Shown: positions 1 to 12,196 of the stretch, piece by piece | How positions within the stretch are numbered: the stretch's first letter is position 1 | Layout: every line of letters starts with the position of its first letter | Assembly (NCBI GenBank): GCA_002269645.1 | Contig: NIVC01001811.1 | Coordinates: forward strand, 248,001-312,000 | DNA length: 64,000 nt | Origin: Macrostomum lignano | Lineage: Eukaryota | Direction: 5' to 3' | Notes under the pieces: model-generated | Database searches by the model: none | Told to the model about the DNA's origin: nothing | What the model saw: the letters and a program-made list of their open reading frames with translations, nothing else | Position numbers and translations under genes: made by a program

Positions 1-81
1 GAAATCGCAATTGGTCGAGTCGAGCAGACTGGGGTCGCTTGGCTTTAAAGGTGCCGATGTGTCGAGTGTCTCCATGGCAAC
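1..81 (-). CDS. LTN1: Listerin E3 ligase, probable exon 2 (runs off the window edge)
   Basis: Minus strand shows a CTAAC branch-like motif and CAG acceptor (84-82), then open phase-0 VAMETLDTSAPLKPSDPSLLDSTNCDF. This joins exon 1 in frame and resembles the TPDTLSDP region of listerin. Confidence 0.6.
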
Positions 82-988
82 CTGGTGAGCAGTGTTAGGA
101 TTAGTAGGGCGATATTAACAGGCTTTTAATAGCAATTTTACAGGACACTTTGAATATGCCATGAAGGGGGTGCGCGAGAACTGTAGGAAGAGCCTCATAA
201 TTGCGCTTTGATTGCTCATAACTTTAGGTGTGTTTCATTTTATATTATAAAATTTCAATGTGGCATTTTGAATGGATTATATTGCTCATTACAATTATTA
301 ACTAGCTGTGAAAAACCAAGTAACAAATTTTCAATACTTTAGCTTTTTCTGCTGTAAAAATTTAAACTCGGGAAGTTCGGCAGGTGAGTTGGAAGGGAAG
401 GTGTTGCTGTATCAAGCCTACAGACCAGATATTTTTACTAAGATTATTATTATATATTTTTATCCCTAGCAAACTTTTTTGGCTAACAAAGCATTTCTCT
501 AATGAATGGTTATCTATGGCACATATACTTCGCAAAACAGCTTTCTACTTTCAGTTCAGTAGCAAAGAAGAATACATAAGCTATTTTATAAGGATAAAGG
601 CAACTGAGAATGAGATGGATTTGAAAAATGATAAGTTTAGAAGCCCCAAGCTTGCAGACGTAAACAACTTGCTAATTGGTTCAGCAGTAATGTACTGTAT
701 TAGCCACTGAATTGTACAAGGCAGATTTAGGCTGAAACAACCGAGGAAGGCTATAAAAATTGGGTAGCGGGGCAGGGGTAGAGGTTCTATGTGGAGTTTG
801 AGGGTTTAAGCTTGGGGGGGGGGAAGAGCCAATAAAAAAGCCTTGTCTTTAAAAATACATTAAAATGCTTCAGTTTAACTTACTACTGAACTTCAAGTAG
901 CTTGCACATAAATGTGCTGAGACAGCTGAGTGGCCTATCTATTTATTCTAGTATCTGTGGCTTGGAGCGGCTTGTAACTGCTTGGGAG

Positions 989-1265
989 TAATAATAATAA
1001 TAATACTTAATTACACCTGCCCCAATTGGGCCAGATGTGCAACCGACAGCTCAGCCGCAGCTATTGCGCGGCGCATCTGAAGGCTGCGTACGGCTGTTCA
1101 GTCCAGGGATTGGTGGGTCGCCACACAAACCCTCACCCCAGCTAATGCTGGCACCCATTTTACAGCTGGACGAACTGAAGCAAAACAGTGTTAAGTGTCT
1201 TGCTCAAAAGACACAAATAGTTTCGAGTGGGTGAAGAATCGAACCCCTGACCTTCATTTCGGTTG
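989..1265 (-). mobile_element. tRNA-derived CORE-SINE, 5' end degraded, in LTN1 intron 1
   Basis: B-box GGTTCGATTC (1245-1236), then TGTGTCTTTTGAGCAAGACACTTAAC...CAGCTGTAAAATGGG matching the MIR-type CORE domain, and a (TTA)n tail at 989-1005. Confidence 0.75.
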
Positions 1266-1290
1266 TTCGTTTGCAGGCTGTTGTTATAAA

Positions 1291-2004
1291 CAAAACAACA
1301 GATAGCATAAACAATCACCTGCAAAGTCCGATCAAAACAACAGATAGCATAAACAATCACCTGCAAAGTCCGAACAAAACAACAGATAGCATAAACAATC
1401 ACCTGCAAAGTTCGATCAAAACAACAGATAGCATAAACAATCACCTGCAAAGTCCGAACAAAACAACAGATAGCATAAACAATCACCTGCAAAGTTCGAT
1501 CAAAACAACAGATAGCATAAACAATCACCTGCAAAGTTCGATCAAAACAACAGATAGCATAAACAATCACCTGCAAAGTTCGATCAAAACAACAGATAGC
1601 ATAAACAATCACCTGCAAAGTTCGATCAAAACAACAGATAACATAAACAATCACCTGCAAAGTCCGATCAAAACAACAGATAGCATAAACAATCACCTGC
1701 AAAGTCCGATCAAAACAACAGATAGCATAAACAATCACCTGCAAAGTTCGATCAAAACAACAGATAGCATAAACAATCACCTGCAAAGTTCGATCAAAAC
1801 AACAGATAGCATAAACAATCACCTGCAAAGTTCGATCAAAACAACAGATAACATAAACAATCACCTGCAAAGTCCGAACAAAACAACAGATAGCATAAAC
1901 AATCACCTGCAAAGTCCGATCAAAACAACAGATAGCATAAACAATCACCTGCAAAGTCCGATCAAAACAACAGATAGCATAAACAATCACCTGCAAAGTC
2001 CGAT
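1291..2004. repeat. 42-bp minisatellite, 17 copies, spanning the LTN1 exon1/intron1 junction
   Basis: Minus-strand unit GATCGGACTTTGCAG|GTGATTGTTTATGCTATCTGTTGTTTT with period 42 from 1291 to 2004. Confidence 0.97.
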
Positions 2005-2647
2005 CGAACGCGAACGCCACAGCCGAGCAGCGCTTGGCCTCACTAAACGCCCGCTTAAACGCCGTTCGAGCGGCCGAAGCCACCGACTCGGCCGGGTCAG
2101 CCTGAGCCATCAGCCAGTAGGGCAGAGTCTCCCTTAACAGGTTGGGCGCAAATCGTTTCTTAAGCCTGGCCGCCAGCTCGCCCGTGATTGGCTGGCACAG
2201 TTCGCGGACTCGCCTGTCGCTGTCCAGTGCCAGACGAGCGTACAGTCGAATCCAATAAGGCAGCGCAGCTTCCAAAGCTTCATCAGATCGATTAGTAAAC
2301 AAGCCGAATAGTTCGGCTAGCGCTTTCTGTTTAGTTACGGCGTCTTTCTTGGCTAATCTACGCAGAACGAAATGCAGCTCAGAGTCGAGTGCAGAATCCA
2401 GCTGCTGTGCGGCTTCTTCTGTTGCCGGAAGGAAGCCCGGATCAGCTGGCGCTGCTGCCCCCGAAGCTGCTGCTTCTAGAAGAGAAGAGCTAGCATCTGG
2501 CGCGGCCGTAGAAGCTACCGTAGTCAGCGTGCCATCGAAGCCAATCAGCATAGATTGCTGATGTCGCTGAAGAAACTCTGCAGCAGATTGACTACTGGAA
2601 GGCTTGGCGTTGCCTTTAGTTCTGGGCTGCTGATTTTTCTTGCCCAT
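1991..2647 (-). CDS. LTN1: Listerin (RQC E3 ubiquitin ligase) exon 1, 219 codons
   Basis: MGKKNQQPRTKGNAKPSSSQSAAEFL, GF, LRRLAKKDAVTKQKAL and WIRLYARLALDSDRRVRE match the conserved listerin N-terminus. CAG|GTGATT donor at 1991/1990. Confidence 0.9.
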
Positions 2648-4444
2648 TGCGGCTTTGTGGAATTTTCTGAGTTTTATTGAACAAACGCTATTGATTTGAC
2701 TTGGTCATGCAGTGAAATAATTTTTATTTACAATGCAAAATATGTATGAAAGCTCTTTCTATGTAATATGTACATAGTTATAGGGCTAAAGGTAAGGGCT
2801 AAAGTTAGGCCTAAGTAAATATAGTCTTAGCCAACTTTTTATACAATAAATGAGACATATTAATAAGCAATAGGTTTGCAATGTAATGGTATATGATATT
2901 GGGGCCAGGGTATCTAAAACCAATTGACATATAGTGACATATACCAATCTTGGTAGACATTATTTGCACAGTACCATGTAAATAGTGCTGGTGTTATTTA
3001 CATGGTAACTGAAATAAATAGTTATCCTATCAGGGACAGGGACTACCCACTATTTCTCTGTATCCTTTATTTTCATAATGAGTTTAGACTAATTAAAGTT
3101 GGACATTGGTAAATGGAGTTTATATGTATAGCTTAGCACTTTTTTATCAACATGTAATATTTGTACTATTAATTTAATGCAAATTATGAGGGAGCAATAG
3201 TGGTCCTAAAGTTGCTTCTGAATTGCTTCTGAAATGGGAAAATTCTTTAACTCTGCTGAAAGTATGAGGGCCGGGTTGTAAGATTCTATTTTATCCTTTT
3301 TATTAAGATTAACAATACTTAATCACTATTGATAAAAGTTAGAGTTTGCTAGTGTTTTATTGTACTTTATTAGGTATAACCTATAAGTTTATAAGTCTAT
3401 AATACAGTTCATCAAAATATCTTTGTTTTACTCTATCTGTTTATAATATTTTTTATTTTTTTTAAATTAATAACTATGGCTATGGGAATCTACAGAATAT
3501 AACAACAACAGCTATATTTCTGTATTTGTAGCTACAAGAGTAGTTATCTAACATAGGCATATCTGTAGTTGCCATAGTGACCTGTTTTACCATATTTGCT
3601 ATAAGATTATATAGCCATAGCCTAAGCTATAGACTATGGTAAAACACTATTAATGATTAAAGTTTTAGGTTTAATAGCTTAAAGTTACTTTATTTAGACC
3701 TACAGGCTACAAACATTATCAATAGGTTCAAAATCAAAGTTAATCTATGCTAACAATACTTTCTAGGCACCTTATATTATAAAAACCTACATATATAACA
3801 TATAGGCCCTAAATCAATATATACACAATACATAATCTTTGAAACTATAAGTTATGATGGCTATATTACCCATGTCCCATATAAATTAGTTTTCAATTTT
3901 GCTAAAAATACAATTTTTCTTTATTTGCAACTTATACAAAAAAACACTAAATTTGTCATCATGATTTAAATTGTCAAAAAATTACCTAGCCATTAGCCTT
4001 ATACAATTTTTCAAAAATCATCAAAGCTTTTGAGAGTTGAGACTTGCCCTTTATCTAAATTAGTAAATAAATTTATGCTTTATGCTGGTTGGTTGGTAGT
4101 TGCATATAAATTTATAAACATATTGTTCTTTTAATTAATATAATTTTAGTGCAAAAAATGGAAATAATTAATCTAAATAAGACTAAGACATGCCTACCTT
4201 GCCTTGACCACCAGCTAAATCATAGGTAAGACAGTATTGTGGTGGGCTTTTACTTTTAGTAGTATTATATTCATTGACATTACTGTATGCTATATATATA
4301 GTACATGTACATTATATATGCTCATTGCTATATCTGATACTAGTAATCTGCATTCAAGGGGACAAGGTCAAGAATCAAGTCAGGCTGCCTCATTGGCTCA
4401 AGCCTCAAGGCTGCAGGGCACAAGCAGGCTTACTGTCGACCTGT

Positions 4445-4631
4445 CAGGGCCAGGGGCAGATCCAAAGGGGGGGCCAAGCCAAGGCGGCCATGACCCCCTC
4501 TCAGACGCGGCCAAGAAAAATTTGGTCATACTTTTTGGCCTGCGACTATGCCAGGTTTATTTTCCAATAGTGGGTTGTAGTACTCGGTATAGCTTGTCCC
4601 CCTCCTCGAGAATTTTCTGGATCCGCGCCTG
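4445..4631. mobile_element. Short hAT-like MITE
   Basis: Imperfect terminal inverted repeats CAGGGGCAGATCCA / TGGATCCGCGCCTG. Flanks cgacctgt (4437-4444) and caacctgt (4632-4639) form a 7/8 match to an 8-bp TSD. Confidence 0.5.
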
Positions 4632-7600
4632 CAACCTGTTAAAGTCAGAGATAATTTAGAGTCAGATATTATAACATAAAATGTCTAACTAAAAATGTGA
4701 GTCTCTAAGATTAAAGAGAGATAAATTTTAAATTACAGTCATTGACAATTGGTCGAAAAAGCGTCATGGGATCGATAAACATACACATTATCTTAACACA
4801 CGCCACAGGCACAGGGCGGGATATATATGATATAGATTTCATTGAAATTTGCAAGTCAAAACGCAATAACAATAATAATAATATTTTAAAGACAATGTAA
4901 AGCTACAGAAACAACTTTTTATAGTACTAATGAGCATAGAGTTTATATTTTTAAAACTGTGTTTAGAACACTTATTAATACTTTATAACTTTGTTATGAT
5001 TGAATTTATACTTCAATTTTTTATGTTCGTGTTGTATTAGGGCCTTTTCATTTCGTAAAGTATAACTTTATGTCTCCATAACTAGAGGGAGATACGTGCT
5101 ATAAAGTTTTTATTATTGAATGACAATCGCCAAGAAGAAAGTGAAAAATTGTTCTAAGTGAGGTTGTTAAGGCAGTCAAACATTCAACAGAATTAAATGG
5201 TTATACTGCCGTTTTTCTTGGAAGATCCGAACCGATTCTGATTCTGGAATTGGTAATATGAAAAGCCTCGTAATTGAACCTCATCAGGCAGCGCGCTGAG
5301 TCGCTGACAGCATGTGCATGTAGGCTAGTTGAATCCTAAGGGATGGCATTGGCTGCTGCCACCGCTACCACCTGTTCGCGATGCTTGAATGATGAGTGCT
5401 GCATGTACGTAGAGGGTATACTCTGCAAGACATTCTGCATCATAAACATTCAGATTGAGAGACAGATAAACATGCATAGTACACTGTAGCACTATTAATA
5501 TTTTCTTTTTATATCTCCACGCAGCTGTGATTAAAAACTGGGATGCTTTAACTTTTAGACATCGAAGGCAATTGTGAGACACGTACTGCACTGCACGCAT
5601 AGGGCGACGCACTGCAATTTCATCACTGAATTTCAAGGTGAATTTCACAATAATTCGATCTCACTACGAGTGCTTCAAAATACTGTATGTCAAAAAATAC
5701 ATCTGGTTCATGGTAGACAATTTAAATGAGTGCGCGACATCAATTATTTGTTTGATAAATTAGCAGTATAGGCTTTACTATAAGGAATGATTTCCGTGTT
5801 AAGGCATTTTTATAGTACACATGATGATGTAAGTACATGTATAAGACTTCGTGAAACTTTATCAGCTTCAGCTCTGGTTGAAAGACTCACATGAGATTAA
5901 CTGAGCTTTACTGCTTTACACGCTATTGAGCGAGACCTACGAGATTCATTCAGCAATTGGGTTGAGATTGTGATTCTCATGAGATTGAGCCAGATCGGGT
6001 TTAGATTAAGCCTGATCGGGTTGTGATTTCCATGAGATTGAGATTGAGCCTGATCGGGTTGAGTTGAGATTTACATGAGGTTGAGCCTGATCGGGTTGAG
6101 TTTTGCTGATGACTCCATGAGATGAGTGCGATCGGAGATTAAGACATGCAATACATTACATAAAGCAGCTGCACACATGTAGATGTGTGCAGCTGCGTCT
6201 TTGTGCGCGCACTTGTATTGCAGTTTTCTTTTTCTCTTTTTCGATAACTAGTACAGAAATAATCGGTTTCTGATCTTGACGCTTTGAATCGTGGATTCGT
6301 GTTAACTGTTAAATTAACAGACAGAACAGGTTGTTTTTTAGTTGAAAAATAAATTACGAATTAATCCTAGTAAAAATGTGACTATGTGAGCCTAAAAACT
6401 GATTATCTATTTTTATAAATTAATTTTTAAAAGAAAATCGCATACATTTCAATATCTATTGCTATAGATTGTTCTTTTACAATCTTATTCAGCTTAAAAT
6501 TAAATTTCGGTAAGACACAGAGCTCTCTTCAATCGATTTTTCATTGAACTTAGAATCCGATTTCATCAGCATTAGCAATTAGCAGCAGATGGGCCAGCGC
6601 CAGACAGAGGACTTTCTCGCTGTCTGCGCACATCACAGACAGTAAAAACAAACAAGTGGGGGGAAAGTGTGTTAAATCGAATCCAAGCCTTAAGAGAAAC
6701 GATCGAACAGAGGGGACCCCTTGCTGGGTTCCTTCGATCGATCGATAAAACTCACCCTTCCCCAACCCAAGTCAGATAATCTATGGCTTCTGCTGCCTCC
6801 CTCACCCTCAGCTCTCTTCTTATTGGCTGAGAGGCTTGATGTCCGTCTAGACTCTGGAAGGGGCAGAGAGGGTGGTTGGGTGAAGTGGATTTGAAGCTTT
6901 TTTGAGGGGGGGGGGTGGGTCGTGGTGTTTAAAGCAGTTAATAAAAACTGACCCCGCCCCAGTAGAGCGCGTCTGCAGGAGCCCTTCCTATCGAGCTGGA
7001 TGCGTTCGCTAAGAGTAAGAAACTTAAAAATAGCAACCTAGTATAGTTTAAAATTGTTACTGAGATATCGGATCAGACGATTTTTAAGTAAGTACCAAAC
7101 TACCAACTCTTTTGCCTTCTTCGTTTTAATTTTTTGACTATCTTTGCGGACAGAAATTTCTCGAAATTTCGATGTCGGCTCAAGATTTTATTAACAGTAA
7201 GATGATATAACTAAAAAATCTTTTTATATTCTCATAAATTATGTACTAATGTAGCTAACAATCTATCACGGCATTCACGCTATAGTCAATGAGCTGATTT
7301 TTGCAGTAAATTTGCTCAAATAATTACGCTCGTAAAATATCGCAGTTTATTCAAATTAGTAAGCCCGGTCAATCAGACACGACACTGGCTAGTTCCACCA
7401 GTTAACGAGCCGAGCCAAAGGCGGCGTCGGGCGAGAGCGAGAGAACCCGGGCCCCGCTAGGGGCCGAGGGCGAGTGAATGATTTCTTACCCATGGCGGCC
7501 GAAGGTACGAGTATTTACGAAAAGCCTGAAAGTATTTACGAGTAAGTAAGTTAGACTCCCATGCATTTTGAAATTTCACGTTTTTTCGCTGAAAAAGTGC

Positions 7601-8884
7601 TCCTGTTTTGACACCACTGGATCGATTAAGTTGAGTGAGGTGTCGATCAATAGAAAACTTTTGGATCTATCGAATGAATATACTTTCAAGTGCAGAGAGT
7701 TTTTAACTGAGCCGTAAATTAACTGGAAAGACGATTCTTTCAAAAGTGCTTCTAAGAGATCTCAAAACTCGAGTACACCTTACTAGATTCGGTTTCGACA
7801 GCTGAAGATCAAAGTTGTCAACTAAAATTTCTTACAAATGGTATATGGCGCTTTAATTTATAATTTCGGAATCTTTATGCAGTTTTTGTGGGTTTTGGGG
7901 GTGAAAAAATTACCCTCATTTTTTATTTCGCTACTTTTTACTACGAAGATGTCCGATTTTGCACTTCAAAGCAGTGCAGTTAGATGCGAAATGCAAATAT
8001 CTACAAGCGTCTAAAGTTTTGTTTACCTACGATTCTGCAGTGCTGAGAAAATAGACAGAAATCGATTTAAAAAAAATCATATGGCTCATTATCATTTTGA
8101 AAACATGGTGCAATTAAGTCGATTTCAAATTTTTATAGCATAGTTGCTGTACTATATTGTGTAAATTGCCGCCGTCTGATTTCGCTGATTTCGGGTAAAA
8201 AAATTGATCAGAAATCGATAATTACTTATTTTGGCTGATTGGGTTAGCGAAAAATGAATAATTTAAATTTTAAAAGAATAGTAGATTAAAGGTGGATACT
8301 GCAGCGGGTTGTACTATTGCCTGGCTAAAATTGATTTAGTTTTTGGGTGTCTGCAACAAGTGCTCATGTTTCGAAAGTGATTGGAAATCGATCAGAGTAG
8401 TGATTTTTTTATATTTTGCTTGAAATCAGGCAAAAAACGCACTGAAACGACATTATTTTTATGACGGCTGATTTCTCACATAACGAGGCATGTTTGTGTG
8501 CAATTTCTGGAGATTCGGTTTCGGGTTTATTGGGTAAAAATTATCGATAAAAAACTGAAATGAAAACATAACTTGTGGTTGTGACACTTGTTACTTCCGG
8601 GACTAATTAACAGGGAAATCGTAGGAATTTTGCACTGAAACCAATGCACAGTGTTCCATACAGCTCAACAGCTAATTTAACAGATTTCTTGAGTTTCATA
8701 ACCATTCGATGTTCTTTTCAGGCAAAAATGCCTTGTTTACAGTTTACACCAAAATTCATTAGATTAAGCTGCATACTGCATAGAGACCCTAGGATATACC
8801 ATGCTCGCCAATTTTAGCATCCATTTTTTTACACATCTATTGGCTTGTATTAAAATTCATCTATTGGCTTATTGTTGTCAAAGT

Positions 8885-9665
8885 GACTGCTGGTGTGACA
8901 TATTTGACTGGTGATGTGACCTGATTGACTGGCGATGTGACCATGGTGACTGGCGATGTGACCGTGTTGACTGGTGATGTGACCGTGTTGACTGGTGATG
9001 TGACCGTGTTGACTGGTGATGTGACCGTGTTGACTAGTGATGTGACCGGGGTGACTGGTGATGTGACCGTGTTGACTGGTGATGTGACCGTGTTGACTAG
9101 TGACGTGACCTTGTTAACTGGTGATGTGACCATGTTGACTGGTGATGTGCTTTGTTGCCTGGTGATGTGACCGAGGTGACTGGTGATGTGACATTGTTAA
9201 CTGGTGTTGTGACCGTGTTGACTGGTGATGTGACCGTGTTGACAGGTGATGTGACCGTGGTGACTAGTGATGTGACCTTGTTGACTGGTGATGTGACCGT
9301 GGTGACTAGTGATGTGACCATGTTGACTGGTGATGTGACCGTGTTGACTCGTGATGTGACCGTGTAATGGTGATGTGACCGTGTTGACTGGTGATGTGAC
9401 CTTGTTAACTGGTGATGTGACCATGCTGGCTAGTGATGTGACCCGATTGACTGGTGTTGTGACTGTGATGACTGGTGATGTGACCTGGTTGACTGGTGAT
9501 GCGACCTTGTCGACTGGTGATGTGACCTTGGCGACTGGTGATGTGACTGATTGAGTGGTGATGTTACCCGATTGACTGGTGTTGTGACTGTGAAGATTGG
9601 TGATGTGATCAAAGGGACTGCTGGTGTGACATAGTTGACTGGTGTTGTGACCATGTTGACTGGTG
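8885..9665. repeat. 21-bp minisatellite
   Basis: Unit GTGATGTGACCGTGTTGACTG, degenerating rightwards. It explains the VTSPVNT/TGDVTVL ORFs. Confidence 0.95.
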
Positions 9666-9743
9666 ATATGACCTTTTATCTAACTATGCTGTAGTTTTAT
9701 AGATTTAATATGTCTTTTTAACAATGCTGCTATATAATCAATA

Positions 9744-10298
9744 TTATACAGACCAACTACGGATGCGACCTGATGTAGAGCCCGGTCTGATGTTGTCAGT
9801 TTGACACGCGACAGAACGAGCGCCGCTCCAGAAACTCGACTCCTCTAGAAGATTATCGTCTGAATCACGCAGAGACTCGGCCGGGCTACATCGACTAAGT
9901 GGATTGATTAAGCCAGTGTTGTCGCCGGACGAGTGCTGTTCCGCGATAAACTGGTTATATAAAAATTCAATCTCTTCTAGTTCGTCGATCATCTGTTCGT
10001 CGGCGTCCTCGTCGAGATTGTCGAGCATCGGATCATCTGCGTCGGCGGCTGCATCAGTTTCCTCGTTGGTCACTGAACAACAGTCGCCATTCGAGTGCTT
10101 TGGATTACACGTATAATACGTTGTGTTGCCCTCTACGGACTCGTCGATACCGTAGTATACTTCATCACTGTTGTCTAGTATGACAGTGTCACTGTCAGAC
10201 AATACATTTTCGACATCGTCAGCATGGTCAACAGTCATTTGTAGCGGGCAGGTCGACTCGGACTCGTCCAGGTCACATCTCGGCTCATAGTGGTTCAT
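9744..10298 (-). CDS. Orphan family A copy 1: acidic disordered protein, 184 aa
   Basis: Open frame from ATG 10298. Paralogue at 48110-48410. Shares the C-terminal motif DSDxNLLEESSF...RSVACQxD with family B. Confidence 0.65.
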   Translation of the reverse strand: MNHYEPRCDLDESESTCPLQMTVDHADDVENVLSDSDTVILDNSDEVYYGIDESVEGNTTYYTCNPKHSNGDCCSVTNEETDAAADADDPMLDNLDEDADEQMIDELEEIEFLYNQFIAEQHSSGDNTGLINPLSRCSPAESLRDSDDNLLEESSFWSGARSVACQTDNIRPGSTSGRIRSWSV

Positions 10299-11293
10299 TA
10301 TGATGTTTTGGAGTGAGTTAGTTAATAAAAAGCTTTTAAGTTTGACTGACAATACAACAAACAGTTGGACTGAATTATTATTTAATTACTAATTATTAAC
10401 AAGATACCAAATCTAAAACAAAGTTTCTTTATAGAACAGACTGATGAGCAGTAGATGCGAACAAATTATAGTTAATGTCATCATTAATAACAATCTATAA
10501 TTCTAATATTTACGAACTTTACTGAGTACAGAATAGTTGTACTTATGCATTTGTACTTATGCTTGTCTAAAATATGCACAATCTGCACAATTATCAGAAT
10601 TTATTGTTACCGATTCTCTTGTGTCTGCATGTACACAATCACGCAACATACCCATATCACGTACGTTACCATCCATCCGTAATCCATATTCCATATGGTC
10701 TCTCATAATCACTTTCAATATGCTGCACTTTCAATCAGTCTCAGTCGCGTTAGCATTGTCAATCCCATTCATCCTTTTAATCTTCATTTTCCTCCTAGTA
10801 AATAACCTCATTCCCAAATAGGACACTCTTTATCGTGTGCACTCTCTATAATACTATCGGTCTCTCGTACATATCCTCAATCACATACATACCATGACAT
10901 AAATTTTGCAGTTGTATCGTCTATCATAGAATTTTAGTATATGGGATTAATAGTTAGAGAACGGATCGTTCCAATGTACATTGATACATTTATTTATGGA
11001 AACAAACATGTTATATTCAAAACGCTACTCATGTTTACAAATGTAATGCATAAACAACGTCAAGAATCAATGTCTAGTGTCATTAAATCACTAACAATGA
11101 TAGACTGAACTCACTAATAGACTGAACTTATCAGATAATTAAGTTCATACATTATTTACTAGTTAGTTAATTAATCAGTCAAGCAATCAATCAATCAATC
11201 AACCAGATTCACGGCCTGGTCAGGACCGGCAGCAGACTACAGTAGGCGCATACGACTGTACTGGCTCGATCGACCATCCATCCATCCATTTAT

Positions 11294-12196
11294 CTAGTCG
11301 GTGGATCGACGAGAACGCCATCTACGGTACAGTAGAGTCCAGGCGCGATTGCGTCAATGTCAGCACATATCCACCTGGCAGGCGACTGACCGCCGATCAA
11401 CGGCAAAGCTGGACTCCTCTAGCAGATTGCCATCAGAGTCGTACAGCGACACGGACGGATCGACTTGACTAATTGGGCTAGCCAACGCTTCGTCCGGTGG
11501 TGCACATTGATCGATGGCGCTCAGATGGAATGTCACCTCGACCTCTTCGCATGCGGCAACAAGCTCCGCATCTGACATGTACATGTCATCAGAGGCGGCC
11601 GCATTTGCATCGTCAGTAGTCGCATCAGTTGGCGGCTGTTCGACGTTTTCATTAGCGGCATCGTCGTTGCTGCACATAGAAGCATAATAAGCTGCTTCTA
11701 GTGCGTCGCATTCTGCCAGCGTCTCTGGGTCGATCAGGGTGTCGATATCGGCATCAAGATCGACGTCCATGTCACGCTGGTGGTGTTCTTGGCTGATGCA
11801 CGAATGACACCGCTTATGCGAGTTAGACGGCATCGATGTCGCAGCAACGTCGGTTACAATCGCGTTCGCTGCGTACAAATCGCCGTCTAACCAGCGCATC
11901 GCTTCGTCGAGCTGGTCAGCCTAATCGACGCCTGCCGAATGTAGCGCTGACACTGCGCGTCTGGTCTCTGCATACGATGCAGACGCATTCATCAATGGTT
12001 GCTGCGTTGTGTGTTGTTGTTCGACCGATACACACGCAGCGACCAACTCCGCGTCTGAGACGTCGTCTGCCCAGGCGAGATGATCATTGGCAGTGTTCAG
12101 CTGACAACGATGCGACTCATGTAGATGTTGTTGCTGTTGCTGCTGCTGCTGCTGCTGTTGCTGTTGTTTTTGTAATTTTCTGTTGTCACCGGACAT
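11294..12196 (-). pseudogene. Orphan family B copy 1: polyQ, acidic, C-terminal basic tail
   Basis: One frame from ATG 12196 to TAG 11294 with premature stops (11921 TAG where paralogues have TGG; 11360; 11354). The end xWTxLYRRWRSRRSTD is shared with copies at 45.0 kb and 49.1 kb. Confidence 0.75.

Noticed and set aside
68-81. Perfect RFX X-box GTCTCCATGGCAAC
   Set aside because: It lies inside the probable LTN1 exon 2 coding sequence, with no adjacent gene start.
1160-2647. 495-aa listerin ORF with 17 FDRTLQVIVYAICC repeats
   Set aside because: The repeats are intronic copies of the donor site; the normal exon ends at 1991.
6340-8800. Possible Kolobok-like or other non-autonomous DNA transposon (TTAA-AGGTGGATACTG at ~8287)
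   Set aside because: No matching inverted terminus or TSD could be found by eye.
8861-9654. ORFs of VTSPVNT/TGDVTVL repeats
   Set aside because: By-products of the 21-bp minisatellite, open on both strands.
11360-12100. DAELVAACxxVE repeats as ubiquitin-interacting motifs or LxCxE Rb-binding motifs
   Set aside because: Spacing does not fit either consensus; treated as an unassigned acidic amphipathic repeat.
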